A stretch of DNA of 43,707 nt from a virus. The stretch lies in the UHGV virus genome UHGV-0360526. The stretch is one strand, 5' to 3'. A program made the translations under genes and the position numbers. Shown in pieces: positions 35,124-43,707 of the stretch (position 1 is its first letter; each line of letters opens with the position of its first letter). Under the pieces are notes generated by a model. It did no database searches and was not told the origin of the DNA. It saw nothing but the letters and a program-made list of their open reading frames with translations.

Positions 35124-36023
35124 TTAAATATAATCAATGGCGAACAAAGGATCGTCGTCTACGTTAGCACCAGGGGTTAACAAGAATGGAGAGTTATACG
35201 CTTCCAAAATACGATTAAGGTCTTTATAACGGACATTTAAACGTTCTAAATCCGCTAACGTTACGTTACGGTCCAACACCGCCGACACTGCTGCTTTCTC
35301 TTCGTCAGTTAACGTGACTTTCGTCATTAAGAAACTAACGAGTTTTGCCAGATCCGCTTCTGTTGACGGATGCTCGCCAATACGTGTTTGAATCAAATGC
35401 TGCATCCAAGGCTTACGGATGCGTTTTGTGATTTCGTGTTCATCCGTCAGGGCAACCCACACGGAACGTTCACGGTCCCACACGAACTTATAGCTGTACG
35501 CCATTAAATCCGCTAAGCAATTAATCCCTAACGCTTCGTACCCTTCAATTTCGATATACGATTCCGTATCGAAATAGTTCTTCGTTTCTGGTGTTACCAG
35601 AGTAAAGAAATACGGGAACGAGCCTAAGTAATCTGGCGACCACCAACGACGGGCAACCGGTTTTGCACCCATTTCTTCAAATGGGGTAAAGAACAATTCC
35701 ATATCTACGGAGTTATTCAAAATCCCGTCACTAAAGAAATATTTACCCGCAACCAGTTTACCACGCAACTCGGAGTCACCGGTAAAAACCACTACACTTT
35801 CTGCCGTCAGATCACGAATCTTAAACGTATTTTCTACACGATAGTTTTTACGATCGGTAAAGAAACGTCCGCGCACTTTAGGCCATTCGCCCGGCAACTG
35901 TGTCAGCAGACGAACTTCATCTGCTAAATGTGCACGTACGGAATCAGGGGAAGAAATGTGAAGTGGATGATTGAAAATTGTTTTGTACGCTAAATGTAAA
36001 TCATTCTTCATCGATTGCTCCAA
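35124..36023 (-). CDS. hypothetical protein between Cys-rich peptide genes and radical SAM genes
   Basis: 299-aa ORF with RBS ggag; no recognisable motif. Confidence 0.5.
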   Translation of the reverse strand: MEQSMKNDLHLAYKTIFNHPLHISSPDSVRAHLADEVRLLTQLPGEWPKVRGRFFTDRKNYRVENTFKIRDLTAESVVVFTGDSELRGKLVAGKYFFSDGILNNSVDMELFFTPFEEMGAKPVARRWWSPDYLGSFPYFFTLVTPETKNYFDTESYIEIEGYEALGINCLADLMAYSYKFVWDRERSVWVALTDEHEITKRIRKPWMQHLIQTRIGEHPSTEADLAKLVSFLMTKVTLTDEEKAAVSAVLDRNVTLADLERLNVRYKDLNRILEAYNSPFLLTPGANVDDDPLFAIDYI

Positions 36024-36160
36024 TTATTTCGCGGTCAAACGGACATTCAGGGTATAGAAACCACCGCACCATTACCTACCGGTAACTTGAAACTCAGTAG
36101 TAAACCCGTACGATTAACTCGGTTATTGCGTAATAGACATACTACCACTGGAGGGCTTAG

Positions 36161-36367
36161 TTACCTTCCCCCCGCACCTTTACTACAGCTACCACTGCAC
36201 GACCAGCTACATCCGCCGTTACAGTTATAATGGCTTAAAGGTAAACCGGCAAGGTTATTGGTTGAAGACACGGTGCCCTGGTTTGCAATATAGTTGTTTG
36301 CGTTAGCGGTCGTAATATACCCTTCCGCTGTTACTAACCGATCACGAAGGTTCTTAAGGCTAATCAC
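36161..36367 (-). CDS. CxxxC-repeat Cys-rich peptide 3 (short core)
   Basis: Listed ORF 36161-36433 overlaps peptide 2 out of frame; GTG at 36367 preceded by gggagg gives VISLKNLRDRL..., matching the leaders of peptides 1 and 2; core CNGGCSWSCSGSCSKGAGGR. Confidence 0.5.
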   Translation of the reverse strand: MISLKNLRDRLVTAEGYITTANANNYIANQGTVSSTNNLAGLPLSHYNCNGGCSWSCSGSCSKGAGGR

Positions 36368-36369
36368 AA

Positions 36370-36768
36370 TTACCTCCCAGAACAGCCACCGGAGCAAGCA
36401 CCAGAGCAGCCTGCAGAACAGTTTCCTACACACGAGTTAGAACAACTCCCCGTACAGCTTCCTGAACAGCCACCAGAACAGGTATTCGAACATCCACTAC
36501 AGCCTGCACTACAACCTGATACACAGTTTGCAGAACAGGAAGAACCACAGCCGCCTGATGCGTTCCCTGTACAACCACCAGAACAGCTCGAACAGGTCCA
36601 GCTACAGCTCCCACCACAGTCATAGTGGTTGCGAGCTTGCCCACCGAATAAGTCTGCGTTGTTCGTCGCTTTCCCACGAATATAGTTTTGTACTGCACCC
36701 GTATTCTTCAATGCAGTGTTGTCAATGTTATTTAGCCGCGCTTGTAGCGCAGGTAATCCAATTGCCAT
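36370..36768 (-). CDS. CxxxC-repeat Cys-rich peptide 2 (putative radical SAM substrate)
   Basis: 132 aa; ~50-aa leader MAIGLPALQARL... then ~80-aa core of about 20 Cys, mostly in C-x-x-x register with Ser/Gly between. Confidence 0.6.
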   Translation of the reverse strand: MAIGLPALQARLNNIDNTALKNTGAVQNYIRGKATNNADLFGGQARNHYDCGGSCSWTCSSCSGGCTGNASGGCGSSCSANCVSGCSAGCSGCSNTCSGGCSGSCTGSCSNSCVGNCSAGCSGACSGGCSGR

Positions 36769-36778
36769 TTTTCACCTC

Positions 36779-37177
36779 TTAGGTTGGGCCAGAACAGCCA
36801 CCGGAGCAAGCACCAGAACAACCCGTAGAACAACGGCCCGAGCAAGCACCTCCACAGGTCCCACTGCAACCTGAGCAGCCGCCGGAACACGTTGAACTAC
36901 ATCCAGTACACTGGTTACCACACGCGGATGAACAGCTACCTACACACACCGACGTACAGGTGCCCGAACAACTCGTACAGCCATGCGTACAACCGTTTGA
37001 GCACGTCCAGCTACAGCTTCCCCCGCAGTCTAACCGACTTGGCGTCCAACCCGAAAAAGTGTCGGCGGCATTATGTGCTTTCGACGCAACTTGCGGATCA
37101 ACACGTGGGCCAGTTGCCATTTGGTTCTCTACGTTGGTGATTCGGTCACGTACATTTTTAACACTGATCGCCATCAC
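36779..37177 (-). CDS. CxxxC-repeat Cys-rich peptide 1 (putative radical SAM substrate)
   Basis: 132 aa; leader MMAISVKNVRDRI...SRLDCGG then core with 21 Cys (CSWTCSNGCTHGC...CSGACSGGCSG); RBS aagga; ATG at 37174 also possible. Confidence 0.6.
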   Translation of the reverse strand: MMAISVKNVRDRITNVENQMATGPRVDPQVASKAHNAADTFSGWTPSRLDCGGSCSWTCSNGCTHGCTSCSGTCTSVCVGSCSSACGNQCTGCSSTCSGGCSGCSGTCGGACSGRCSTGCSGACSGGCSGPT

Positions 37178-37184
37178 GTATCCT

Positions 37185-37231
37185 TAAAATAAAAAAGAAT
37201 GGAGGACTACGCCCATAAGCATAGTTCCTCC
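37185..37231 (-). terminator. rho-independent terminator between fibre gene and Cys-rich peptide genes
   Basis: On minus strand: stem ggaggaact-atgcttatgggcgt-agtcctcc followed by attcttttttatttt, ending ~10 nt before the RBS of peptide 1. Confidence 0.65.
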
Positions 37232-37241
37232 TGTAATAAAG

Positions 37242-38441
37242 TTATTTCGTACCCGCTTCTGCCTGAACGTCATCACGGGACGTCAAGTTAGCGTTAACGT
37301 GCACTGGAGCCTGAACCACACCGCCGTATTTCTTGTGGAGATAACCTGTGTGCGGGTTATCCGCCGCAATATGGTTTTGTAGGTTCTGATTCGCCTGACT
37401 GATTGCGTTCGTGTTATTCGCAACCTGTTGTTTAAGCGCATCCAGGTTTTGTTGCAGATTATCAATTTTCTGATCGGACTCATTACCCCGTTGTTCTAAC
37501 GCAGCAATGCGCTGAATCGCTTGGTTGAGTTTGGTGTTCAGATCGTTGATATTTTTCTGTAACTGTAACACTAGCGAATTTAGGTTCGCCAATGCCAATG
37601 CCATCTTCTGGTAGTTTTGGGCAACGATGTTAAGTTGGTCGTTCCACGCTTCCAAAGATTTGACAACAGCATCAATACGTTTTCCTAACGCTTCGTCTGC
37701 TTTCTTCAACGCATTAATATCAGTAATGGTTGCATCGATGGCAGATTGTACGTCACGGATAAGTGCACGGATCTCCGTTTCTGTTAACCCGTTAACCTGA
37801 TGAATATCCAGATGGTGGACATTACCCGTGGCGTTAATGTGCGCGTTCAGCGCGTCCAGGAAATCGTTTTTCAGGCTTTCGAGAATCGCTTTGATGTTCT
37901 CAAGCTGTACAGCATCACCCGCCGTTATCGCATCTTTGATGCCAGCGAGCACTGTAATGATATATTCGAAGCCGTAAATATCGCCGACGTCTTTATACGT
38001 TGGTGCCGAAGGAAACGTGTCCGGCACATTTCGCAAGTCTTTAAAGCCAACAGTTCGATTATCGAGATTCAGCTCGGCAATCGCCTGTTCTATCGCGGGC
38101 ACGTTTGCCGACTGCGGACCCCCGACTACTTGCGCTGATACCGTGATATCGGTCGGAATCGCGGTGTTCGTTACAACAACCGCCATTACCACTTCCCGGT
38201 TCTTCGTCAATTTCTCGTAAGCCGGGTGTGCAAAAATCAACTCGTAGTCCGTTCCGCGCTCATACGTCGCGTCGGGTCGATTGGCAACCCGCAAGCGGAA
38301 CGTATCAGCATAAAACGGTCCGTCAGGAAAAGCAAACGCACGGTTAACTTTACCTGTACCTAACGTAATCTGACGCTCCACGGCGTTAGAGGTTAGGCTT
38401 CCCGTTAAATCTAAAGGGTATTGGTATACAATGGAGGCCAT
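37242..38441 (-). CDS. tail-fibre-like protein (N-terminal attachment domain plus long coiled coil)
   Basis: Listed ORF to 38549; ATG at 38441 with RBS aaggagag gives MASIVYQYPLDL; N-terminus shares the P-x-G-P-F-Y motif region with the 1727-aa protein; C-terminal half is heptad-rich. Confidence 0.6.
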   Translation of the reverse strand: MASIVYQYPLDLTGSLTSNAVERQITLGTGKVNRAFAFPDGPFYADTFRLRVANRPDATYERGTDYELIFAHPAYEKLTKNREVVMAVVVTNTAIPTDITVSAQVVGGPQSANVPAIEQAIAELNLDNRTVGFKDLRNVPDTFPSAPTYKDVGDIYGFEYIITVLAGIKDAITAGDAVQLENIKAILESLKNDFLDALNAHINATGNVHHLDIHQVNGLTETEIRALIRDVQSAIDATITDINALKKADEALGKRIDAVVKSLEAWNDQLNIVAQNYQKMALALANLNSLVLQLQKNINDLNTKLNQAIQRIAALEQRGNESDQKIDNLQQNLDALKQQVANNTNAISQANQNLQNHIAADNPHTGYLHKKYGGVVQAPVHVNANLTSRDDVQAEAGTK

Positions 38442-38481
38442 GGCCACTCTCCTTAATCCGAGACGTCCTTGTCTCGTGGCG

Positions 38482-41400
38482 TTAAGATGTAAACATAAGA
38501 TTGAACTGGAGCTTATCGATATCGCGGGTTTGTGCTGGGTTAACCGCATCGTACGTGGTTGCCACGTAGACCGTTAATGTCCCGTCAGCAAACGAGGTTT
38601 TCACCGGTGGCGTAGTCCCTGTTTGTCCGTCGGTTACAATGACGACAGGTTGAGCCGGGAGTTGATGGAACTGACCCTTAACCGCTTTATACACCAAACC
38701 AGATTGTGCTGCTAACTCCGTGTCGGTATACACGATAAACGGTGTGTCGATATCTGTCTGTTTAATGACAGTGTTCGACTCAACGTCAATCAACTGAACA
38801 GCACCGAACTTCGTACGGTAGCTATCGTATTCATTTTTTGGAATGACAAACGTAGCATGTATACGGACTTCTTCGGCTGGCTTAAATCCGGCGTGTTCTT
38901 TTTCCAGATAACTGTTAGCGGTTAACGTTACTGTCTGTTCAGCCATCGTACCGCCAGACTGGTTTAACCCGTAACGAACTTGGGTTATACCTGTCGGAGC
39001 CGCAAGCCTGATTTTTAGTCTACGATTAGCGGTGCCGGGATTACCAGGCACTTTAACACGCAGACTCAGCGCCAGATATGCATTCGCACCGGTAGTCGGT
39101 TTCGTATACGCGCCCAACCACTTCATGTTCGCAGTTGCCGCTTGACTGTTCTCAGAAGCAGTAGCCGCAGCAACGTTTGCAGCAACCGCTTTCTGCCAGA
39201 ACTGGTCAGCGCAGTTTTCATACGCTACTCTACCGATACTTTTATAACCTGCGTAGGTTTCCTGTATCGGTAGCTTGGGTCGTGTTGTAACCCCGTTCAA
39301 CGCATTCCATTTCTGACCATCGACATACCCCGCACCATTACTCGCAGATGCCGTAGGGGCTTTCAGTGGTTGGTTAACTAAGGTTTGAAGTGGACCCGTT
39401 TTTCGATCGTACGCCGCTGCAACGTCGTGCTGATCTCTAACGGCAGCATGTTCTTCTAATTCACGAACCCTGCCTAGTCGTTTCACTTTATCGATGTTGA
39501 TAGCAACTATGCGCTTTTTATCGGTTGTAACTGTACCAACAAATAATCGCGAAGTCGTATCCGGCAGCTTTTCCAGACCGATCTGATATTGAGCCTTCGA
39601 ACCTACAAGAGCAGCATGAACATAGAACGTCTGGTTAGCATGGTTTTCTGGGAATTCGTTGCTTAAATCCACCGACCACGTCGGTAATGTATAGCTATTA
39701 CTACCGAAATCTAACCTGACCTCTTCCGTCAAGTATAGAATCCAACCTTCCGCGGTTTCCACGCCTGCGATAATAACTGCCTGCCCCGCTGTTGAGAATG
39801 TGGTATCATTAACGAACTCTTCGACTGTGTATGCGTTACCTGAACAGAAAACGCGGTCAGCTTTAGAGAAAATTCGTGCCATCTTGTCCCAATTACCCGC
39901 ACCCATGTAACAACCAGATTCTGGGTTGTGGGCAGGAGCCATCTGACGCAACTGTGACTTACCGGGAACTCGCGTCCAACCCGACCCAGGGTTAAAGGTA
40001 TACTTCGCAGCGTAACCCAAAGCATTTAGGTCCCCGATATTCCGTATTGTCAGCGTATAAGGTAGCCATAGACCGAAGTTTACACCGTCGGCAGAAGCAA
40101 AAATTGGCTGGCCTACACGTCGCGTTTTATTACCCGCTTCTTCCCTCAGAGACTGATAACTTAAGCCGTAATCAAGGTCTAAGAACCAATCTACCAGCTT
40201 AAAGGTTGCAGAATTAAAACGTAGATAACCGTTTTCTTTAGTCGGACTCACCATGAAGTAATAGATGTCGAGGACTCGACGTCCGTTACTCAAGGTTTTC
40301 ATGCATGAGACTTGTAATAAGTCGAACTCACAAACAGTGTTAATGCCTAGCAACCAGAGTGCAAACAACGCGTTGCCGCTTTGGTGTGCTGCGCTGATGC
40401 GCTCGTTCGCGTAACCGTTTGCTTGGCCAGATGGTGCACCATCGACAATCATCCTAATCATTTTCTGGCGATCCGCTTCCTCTAACGTCAGCCGTTCTGA
40501 TGACAGGGCAAAGTTACCGTAGATGTTCCGATATGGAAAGGTTTCCGCTTTCGTCAAATACCAACCATTTAACTGACCGTGACGCTCCTCAGGAGTCATA
40601 CATGCAGCCATACAGCTTAACTGTTCGTAAAGGGTTGCATCAACTTCTCGACGGTTGTTGTTCGGGCCATAACCGCTATATCCGGGAACGTCATAAGGTT
40701 TACTTGGGTCAACTTCTACTTCGATCGTATAGCGGTTGCGCGGATTGGATAACCATACTTTGTTTGAGCCACCGATACCAACAGGATGAGAAAGACCGAT
40801 GGTATAGATAGAACCACGACCTTTATCCCAAGTAAATGTTGCTTCGCCTGAGGTATTGTTTGGGTTATCATAACGCAGATAATCAAAAAACTCTTTGCCT
40901 TGCGTACTTTTAATAGTAACATTCGGCATCTGGTCCGCATCGTTAATCTGCCAGCAGGAAAGCATCATTCCTGAGACATTAGGTTTAGCATACGTCGCAA
41001 AACAACGATTGTTTGCTTGGCCGCCACCCCACTTACGACTGGTTTCTACAGTTGAGCCATCCGCGTACGATAGTCTGGTAGCATCAACCTTAATGGGGAA
41101 ACGTTCGGCACCCTCTAACGTAACTCTGCCCGTTAACGTATCGATTGTGAAACTTGTTGACCATTGACGGAAATTAATCGTCGTACCGTCGGCAGCCGCA
41201 AACCACACGCTGGGTACATGGTTCACACGAATCACGCTGTCGCGTACCGCACAAGCATGGTTACATTCTGGACCGTGAACAAAGTTGTGACCGATTGTCC
41301 ATTTAGCCCGTGCCTCTGGCGGGTAATACGTAAAGAACTGACCAGTCTGCGACTCTTCGGTCTTCTGGCCAATTCTTAGGCAGAGGTTATCTCCGAATTG

Positions 41401-43665
41401 CCCCATTTCTCCGGTTAGGGTTACACGTTCAAATTCTAACTCAGTATTGGTAGTCAAATCGGCTTTACGTAAACGCCATACCGCCACAGCATAAGCAGAG
41501 TTATTTACCGTGGAACGAAGAAGATAAACGTGGTCGTCAACTAACACAACATCGTCGGCTTCTGGCCAAGGATTCCAGGTTTGTTCCACAGTACCGCTGG
41601 GGTTGCCATTACGGTACTTAGGCATTGTAACACGACATACCACCGTGTGTTTACTGTGGTCCATCGAACCATTGAACAACACCAAATAACGGTTATTGTC
41701 AGAACCCAGACAAATAATCGCTTCCTGGCCACCGATCAATATCGCTTTTAAGGTCACCCCAGGGTATTTACTCATCCCAACAGGATGGTATTTCACCGAA
41801 GTTTGCTGAGGGTTCACAAACACATTCGACGTATTGATATCAGCATAGCCGTAGTAAATCGCCTCTGTACCAGGTACGCCATTAGAAGCATTACGTAACG
41901 AATAAACTTTACCTTGTTGATATCCTACAACACCTTTCTGATAGGACTGGTTCTTTGTAAAACCTGAATAATTACCGAGCGCCGGAATGGGTAAGAAGTT
42001 TTTGTTACCGAACTTCGCCCCACCGACAGTCCACGCAGGTAAGATGGTATTCAGTTTATCAGAAACTTTCTTGATCTCTTTTGCGAACAACCACCCTTGA
42101 CGCGAAGTGACAGCTTTATCGTTCGTGGTATCAATCGCATCCCACAACTGTAAGATACCATCCACAGTCGCACTGCCAATCGGGACATTATCCAAATCGG
42201 CGGTAGTGTGCGTGTGCTCCTTCACACTTTTATTTTTCAGCACATTCGCTAACGCTTTTGTTACCGGTTTAGCGATCGGCATGGTGTTTTCCATCTTATC
42301 GATACCGAAATCGGTTTTCGTTAAGGTTAACACCATTTTATCGCCTGTCTTAACAAACCCTTTACCGTTAACCGTGTAGTCATCGTCAACGTACAAGTCT
42401 AACCGGTCTTTTAATTCGGTCACCGCCTTTTGGGAAATAGCAGTGCCTAGTGCTACGGAGGTTGCGATATTCGTAATCGAAAACACCCCATAAACCGACT
42501 CGGTTGCTGTGGGAATATTCGCGTTCAACGTTAGCGGATTAGACTGCTTCGCTGTACCGTACGGTTTTACGGTGTCTGATGGTTTGAAATAGGCGTTCGC
42601 TTCAAGTAACGTTACAGACGTCAGGTACATGTTCACCATTTCTGGTGTAACCAAATACACAGAGTTGTAAACCGGCGCTAATACATCTTGTTCTGTCCCA
42701 GAGTGTACCCAAAGCGTATTCAGCCCCGCACTAAATTCAACCGCCAAACCCGATTCGTTGTTGTCCTGGTCTGCTTTAATCACCAACGGTTGCGGTGAGG
42801 TAATTAACCACTTATCACCACGGATACTGATGATGTGTCCGCCTGCGGTTTTAAACGTCAGTTCGTTACCGTTCGTGCTGCCCCATCGACCGTAAACAGT
42901 GCCGAGGGCTTCACCCATTAACTGATCAACGTCTGATTGCTCAATACCCGCCGAACCCATCAGCGTAGCCAATTCGTCAATCGTCAGTCCAAACGCTTTT
43001 GTAGCGTCGACAGCACGTCCCAAAACCGGAAGGGCACCAACATCAGTGGTCGTATACTGGTGTGCGTTAGGATTAAGGTGGTGTTGGTATAACTCCTCGT
43101 CGAAAACCTTTTTACCGTTCTCGTAAATCAGGTTAGTGACTTCGGTAAACGCTGCATCTAACTCTGTTGAACGTTGAACGATTTTCTTACGGATGTCGTT
43201 TAACGCTTTAACAACCTCATCCCTCAGAATAGCTTCTTCTAAGTTAGCAGGAGGATCGATGGGTTGAATAACTGGCGCATACGCCATTAACTCTGACCAG
43301 TCCACGTTACGTGGGTCTTTCAGGTCAGTACGAACTAAGAACTTTCCGATTTCAGATTGTGGTACACGATACTGGCGTGCTACCCCTAAAATCTCATATT
43401 CGATTTCTGTTGCGGTCAGCAACATGAACCCGCCATAAATCTGATCTTGTTCAGCTTCTGCGAGTTCTTTAAAGTAATAGCCTAAATAGTAGTCCAACCC
43501 CTCAATCAGAGTACGACGTCCGTTAGGCGCGGTATCGTCGGCTACTGTGAGTTTTAATCCGATACGATAAAAAGGTCCTTCAGGCGGAATGACCACATTA
43601 AATCGGTTAGGGTACGTCGCTGTGCTTAACGTACCGTTAAACTGCGCCGCGTCTTCTCTCGGCAT
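38482..43665 (-). CDS. giant virion protein (1727 aa), putative tailspike / receptor-binding protein
   Basis: Single uninterrupted ORF; N-terminal region (NRFNVVIPPEGPFYRIGLKLTV) homologous to N-terminus of the adjacent fibre-like protein; RBS aggagt; remainder unassigned. Confidence 0.6.
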   Translation of the reverse strand: MPREDAAQFNGTLSTATYPNRFNVVIPPEGPFYRIGLKLTVADDTAPNGRRTLIEGLDYYLGYYFKELAEAEQDQIYGGFMLLTATEIEYEILGVARQYRVPQSEIGKFLVRTDLKDPRNVDWSELMAYAPVIQPIDPPANLEEAILRDEVVKALNDIRKKIVQRSTELDAAFTEVTNLIYENGKKVFDEELYQHHLNPNAHQYTTTDVGALPVLGRAVDATKAFGLTIDELATLMGSAGIEQSDVDQLMGEALGTVYGRWGSTNGNELTFKTAGGHIISIRGDKWLITSPQPLVIKADQDNNESGLAVEFSAGLNTLWVHSGTEQDVLAPVYNSVYLVTPEMVNMYLTSVTLLEANAYFKPSDTVKPYGTAKQSNPLTLNANIPTATESVYGVFSITNIATSVALGTAISQKAVTELKDRLDLYVDDDYTVNGKGFVKTGDKMVLTLTKTDFGIDKMENTMPIAKPVTKALANVLKNKSVKEHTHTTADLDNVPIGSATVDGILQLWDAIDTTNDKAVTSRQGWLFAKEIKKVSDKLNTILPAWTVGGAKFGNKNFLPIPALGNYSGFTKNQSYQKGVVGYQQGKVYSLRNASNGVPGTEAIYYGYADINTSNVFVNPQQTSVKYHPVGMSKYPGVTLKAILIGGQEAIICLGSDNNRYLVLFNGSMDHSKHTVVCRVTMPKYRNGNPSGTVEQTWNPWPEADDVVLVDDHVYLLRSTVNNSAYAVAVWRLRKADLTTNTELEFERVTLTGEMGQFGDNLCLRIGQKTEESQTGQFFTYYPPEARAKWTIGHNFVHGPECNHACAVRDSVIRVNHVPSVWFAAADGTTINFRQWSTSFTIDTLTGRVTLEGAERFPIKVDATRLSYADGSTVETSRKWGGGQANNRCFATYAKPNVSGMMLSCWQINDADQMPNVTIKSTQGKEFFDYLRYDNPNNTSGEATFTWDKGRGSIYTIGLSHPVGIGGSNKVWLSNPRNRYTIEVEVDPSKPYDVPGYSGYGPNNNRREVDATLYEQLSCMAACMTPEERHGQLNGWYLTKAETFPYRNIYGNFALSSERLTLEEADRQKMIRMIVDGAPSGQANGYANERISAAHQSGNALFALWLLGINTVCEFDLLQVSCMKTLSNGRRVLDIYYFMVSPTKENGYLRFNSATFKLVDWFLDLDYGLSYQSLREEAGNKTRRVGQPIFASADGVNFGLWLPYTLTIRNIGDLNALGYAAKYTFNPGSGWTRVPGKSQLRQMAPAHNPESGCYMGAGNWDKMARIFSKADRVFCSGNAYTVEEFVNDTTFSTAGQAVIIAGVETAEGWILYLTEEVRLDFGSNSYTLPTWSVDLSNEFPENHANQTFYVHAALVGSKAQYQIGLEKLPDTTSRLFVGTVTTDKKRIVAINIDKVKRLGRVRELEEHAAVRDQHDVAAAYDRKTGPLQTLVNQPLKAPTASASNGAGYVDGQKWNALNGVTTRPKLPIQETYAGYKSIGRVAYENCADQFWQKAVAANVAAATASENSQAATANMKWLGAYTKPTTGANAYLALSLRVKVPGNPGTANRRLKIRLAAPTGITQVRYGLNQSGGTMAEQTVTLTANSYLEKEHAGFKPAEEVRIHATFVIPKNEYDSYRTKFGAVQLIDVESNTVIKQTDIDTPFIVYTDTELAAQSGLVYKAVKGQFHQLPAQPVVIVTDGQTGTTPPVKTSFADGTLTVYVATTYDAVNPAQTRDIDKLQFNLMFTS

Positions 43666-43707
43666 CGTAAAGACTCCTACTTTTAAATAAAATGGATACC
43701 CCTCCCC

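Noticed and set aside
36426-37187. Additional ORFs on both strands across the Cys-rich region (36426-36698 minus; 36528-36782, 36892-37140, 36960-37187 plus)
   Set aside because: Low-complexity GC-rich repeat DNA opens several frames; only the minus-strand frames with RBS, a conserved leader and the Cys register are supported.
38482-43665. Specific homology of the giant protein N-terminus to the T7 gp17 fibre N-terminal domain
   Set aside because: The resemblance is from memory of a short motif only and cannot be confirmed without alignment; kept as a general attachment-domain statement.

Overview
This window looks like a tightly packed segment of a large tailed bacteriophage genome (or prophage), with no rRNA, tRNA or CRISPR seen. 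Bases 1-29751 are almost entirely plus-strand genes: many small hypothetical genes, a Dam-type adenine methyltransferase, a GNAT-like protein, a 1532-aa tail fibre with a C-terminal intramolecular-chaperone domain, a second fibre module, and a lysis-type cassette (GH108 muramidase plus M15-like peptidase). A lone minus-strand lipoprotein gene (29870-30352) and two plus-strand paralog genes follow, then a minus-strand block (31691-43665) encoding a 1727-aa virion protein and a coiled-coil fibre. The most unusual feature is inside that block: three tandem genes for Cys-rich CxxxC-repeat proteins sit immediately upstream of two radical SAM enzymes (CxxxCxxC, GGEP, one with a SPASM-like Cys cluster), suggesting a phage-encoded RiPP-like peptide modification system embedded in a tail-fibre module. 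Other signals are a three-copy promoter-like motif followed by a hairpin, numerous hairpin/T-tract terminators (two with identical stems), duplicated gene modules, G9 homopolymer tracts and a T6G5 tract that separates two reading frames. All calls rest on reading the sequence and remembered motifs; no database search was run.
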